Assembly: GCA_964444595.1 (NCBI GenBank)
Contig: CAYUHP010000001.1
Coordinates: forward strand, 1 to 55,260
Direction: 5' to 3'
DNA length: 55,260 bases
From: an uncultured Sphaerochaeta sp.
Lineage (GTDB): Bacteria; Spirochaetota; Spirochaetia; Sphaerochaetales; Sphaerochaetaceae
Positions 53,303-55,260 of this stretch are shown piece after piece. The position numbers and the translations under genes were made by a program. Within the stretch, counting starts at the first letter, position 1. Every line of letters starts with the position of its first letter. The notes under the pieces are model-generated. The model had not been told where the DNA came from, did no database searches, and saw only the letters and a program-made list of their open reading frames with translations.

Positions 53303-54806
53303 TCCGGTAGTAATTTCTATAATAGGTCGACCAAACGTAGGAAAGTCGACCCTCTTTAACCGCCTGATCGGCAAACGCCGAGCAATTACCGACCCCACCC
53401 CTGGGGTGACAAGGGACTTGCTTCCCGAGCGATGGTATTTAGCAGGAAACCCAGTGACCCTCGTTGATAGCGGGGGTGTGAAGATGGAGGGCGTTTCCCT
53501 CGATGAGATGGTCAGTGCCAAAAGCCTCTCGCTCTTGGAGCGTAGCGATGCGATCATCTTTATGATGGAGTGTACCGAGGTAACCGCTGAGGACTTACAC
53601 CTTCTTGAGGCGCTTAGGCCCTACAGCGATCGAATCGTCCTCACCGTGAACAAGGTTGATGATCCGAAGCGCGAAGACTTGGTGTGGGAGTTCTACAGCT
53701 ACGGCTATGAACGGATTGTTGGTATTAGTGCCGCCCACGGCCTGGGGATCGATGATTTAGAGGAAACCCTCTTGGGGATGTTGAACTTCGAAGAGGTTGA
53801 GCATGATGAAGAGGAGGAGGCGACGGTGAGGCTTGCGATCATGGGTAAGCCCAATACCGGTAAATCCACGTTAGCAAACCTTCTCGTTGGCAAGCAGATC
53901 TCCTTAGTCAGTGATATCGCCGGGACCACCCGCGATGTGGTCAGCGGCTCTTTTGTGCACAAGGGTAGTACGTTCAATGTACTGGATACTGCGGGAATCC
54001 GCCGCAAGAGCAAAGTTGAAGAGGATGTTGAGTACTACTCAGTAAACCGGGCGATTCGAACGATCGAGGAGGCGGATGTCGTCTTTCTCGTAGTCGACTC
54101 CGCCGAAGGGTTGGCGGACCAAGATAAGAAGATCGCCCAGCTCATCGTCCGCCGCGGTAAGGGTGTGGTAATCGTTCTGAATAAGATCGATCTGCTTGAA
54201 GGGATCCCCAATGAGATGGAAGCGATCAAGGATCGAATCCGTTTTCTCTTCCCAATCCTTGGCTTTGCTCCGGTGATGATGATCAGTGCTCTCGAGGATA
54301 AGGGCATTGAGACTCTATTGGACACGGCGTGGAGCTTGTACCGCCAACTGCATCGAAGAGTTGAAACCGCCCACTTAAATGAAGCGCTCCGAACCTGGGG
54401 CGAGGAGTATCAGATCCCTCGCGGAACCCAAGGACACTTTAAGATCTACTATGGAACGCAGGTATCGACCAACCCGGTGAACTTCCTGCTCTTTGTGAAC
54501 CGAGAGAAGGATTTTCCCGCCTCCTACCTCAACTATTTAACGAATAAGATTCGAAATGAACTTGGCTTTCCGCAAATCCCCATTGAAATAGATCTCAAGG
54601 AGCGCAAGCGTTCGCCTTCGTTGAACACCAAAGGACCCAAGCCGATCCAAAGTACCGCACCGAAGCGGGAGGAAGTTCCCGCCAAGCGAACTGGTGGAAA
54701 AGCGGTGGCTCGAAAGAAGGATGTGAAGCCGGGCAATAAAGCTGCGGTTGAAAAAGCTCGAAAGCGGGCAAGTAAAGAGCAACAGCAACGAAAGGGCAAG
54801 AAGTGA
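53271..54806 (+). CDS. der: Ribosome biogenesis GTPase Der (EngA)
   Basis: Two GTPase domains (GRPNVGKS, GKPNTGKS), KH-like domain, long basic tail. Confidence 0.95.
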   Translation: MNDSMTLLSDDPVVISIIGRPNVGKSTLFNRLIGKRRAITDPTPGVTRDLLPERWYLAGNPVTLVDSGGVKMEGVSLDEMVSAKSLSLLERSDAIIFMMECTEVTAEDLHLLEALRPYSDRIVLTVNKVDDPKREDLVWEFYSYGYERIVGISAAHGLGIDDLEETLLGMLNFEEVEHDEEEEATVRLAIMGKPNTGKSTLANLLVGKQISLVSDIAGTTRDVVSGSFVHKGSTFNVLDTAGIRRKSKVEEDVEYYSVNRAIRTIEEADVVFLVVDSAEGLADQDKKIAQLIVRRGKGVVIVLNKIDLLEGIPNEMEAIKDRIRFLFPILGFAPVMMISALEDKGIETLLDTAWSLYRQLHRRVETAHLNEALRTWGEEYQIPRGTQGHFKIYYGTQVSTNPVNFLLFVNREKDFPASYLNYLTNKIRNELGFPQIPIEIDLKERKRSPSLNTKGPKPIQSTAPKREEVPAKRTGGKAVARKKDVKPGNKAAVEKARKRASKEQQQRKGKK

Positions 54807-55260
54807 TGGGCTATTTGAAGGAAGCGGGCATCACCACCTTGGCCCTGGATATCGACGGTACCCTGTACAGTCGAGTTCAACTCAACACGCGCATGGTTCG
54901 CTCGCTCTTTCCCAGCATCACGCTGAGTCGGGCGTTTAATTGGACGCGCAAGGAGATTCGGCGGGTCCAAGATGAAGAGCCGTTACCGAATGAAAATCGA
55001 GCGGGCTTCCTTGACCGCCAAGCTGCGTTGGTCGCTTCGCGATATAAGAAAGATATCAACACAGTGAAGGAGATGATTAACCGCCAGTTCTACCAAGCCT
55101 GGGAGGACTCCTTCAAAACAATCACTCCCTTTGCTCATCTGCGGCAAACCCTTGAGCAGGTAAAGAACGAAGGAGTTCAAATCATCCTCTTCTCAGATTT
55201 CCCCATCGCCGACAAACCGGCGACATTAGGAATCGCCGATTTGATCGACGGAGCATTTTG
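54806..55260 (+). CDS. HAD-superfamily hydrolase (3' truncated by window end; missing from ORF track)
   Basis: Own translation MGYLKEAGITTLALDIDGTLY... (DxDGT motif I), later ILFSDFP; open to window end; TGATG coupling with der. Confidence 0.82.
   Translation, partial: MGYLKEAGITTLALDIDGTLYSRVQLNTRMVRSLFPSITLSRAFNWTRKEIRRVQDEEPLPNENRAGFLDRQAALVASRYKKDINTVKEMINRQFYQAWEDSFKTITPFAHLRQTLEQVKNEGVQIILFSDFPIADKPATLGIADLIDGAF

Overview
Bacterial chromosomal window, most likely a free-living spirochaete of the Sphaerochaeta type. This is inferred from the RpoA N-terminus [14 protein letters not shown], the LFAxGxKE signal ends on solute-binding proteins, and the gene order. Layout: (1) the end of an rRNA operon with two non-identical tandem 5S genes; (2) an accessory cassette of an Afu/Fbp-type ABC importer and a phosphohexomutase, bracketed by two paralogous PHP hydrolases; (3) metNIQ, ornithine carbamoyltransferase with ARG boxes, hsp20 with a sigma54-type promoter, TetR, clpB, a MocA-like protein, DUF554, an XRE regulator and glgP; (4) a ~27 kb translation/transcription supercluster (tRNA-Thr, rpmG, tRNA-Trp, secE, nusG, rplKAJL, rpoBC, rpsLG, tuf, S10, spc, alpha) lacking fusA, adk, map and infA; (5) ybjQ-like, rny, ymdB-like, tlyA, GerMN, ptsI, der and a truncated HAD gene. 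No CRISPR array, transposase or prophage was seen. The best candidates for novelty are a promoter-driven ~270-nt structured RNA sitting where fusA normally lies, the PHP-flanked importer/mutase cassette, a sigma54 promoter with enhancer-like sites at hsp20, and a recurring TGC-TANNNT-N6-ATG leaderless signature. All assignments were made by eye from motifs; no searches or folding programs were run.
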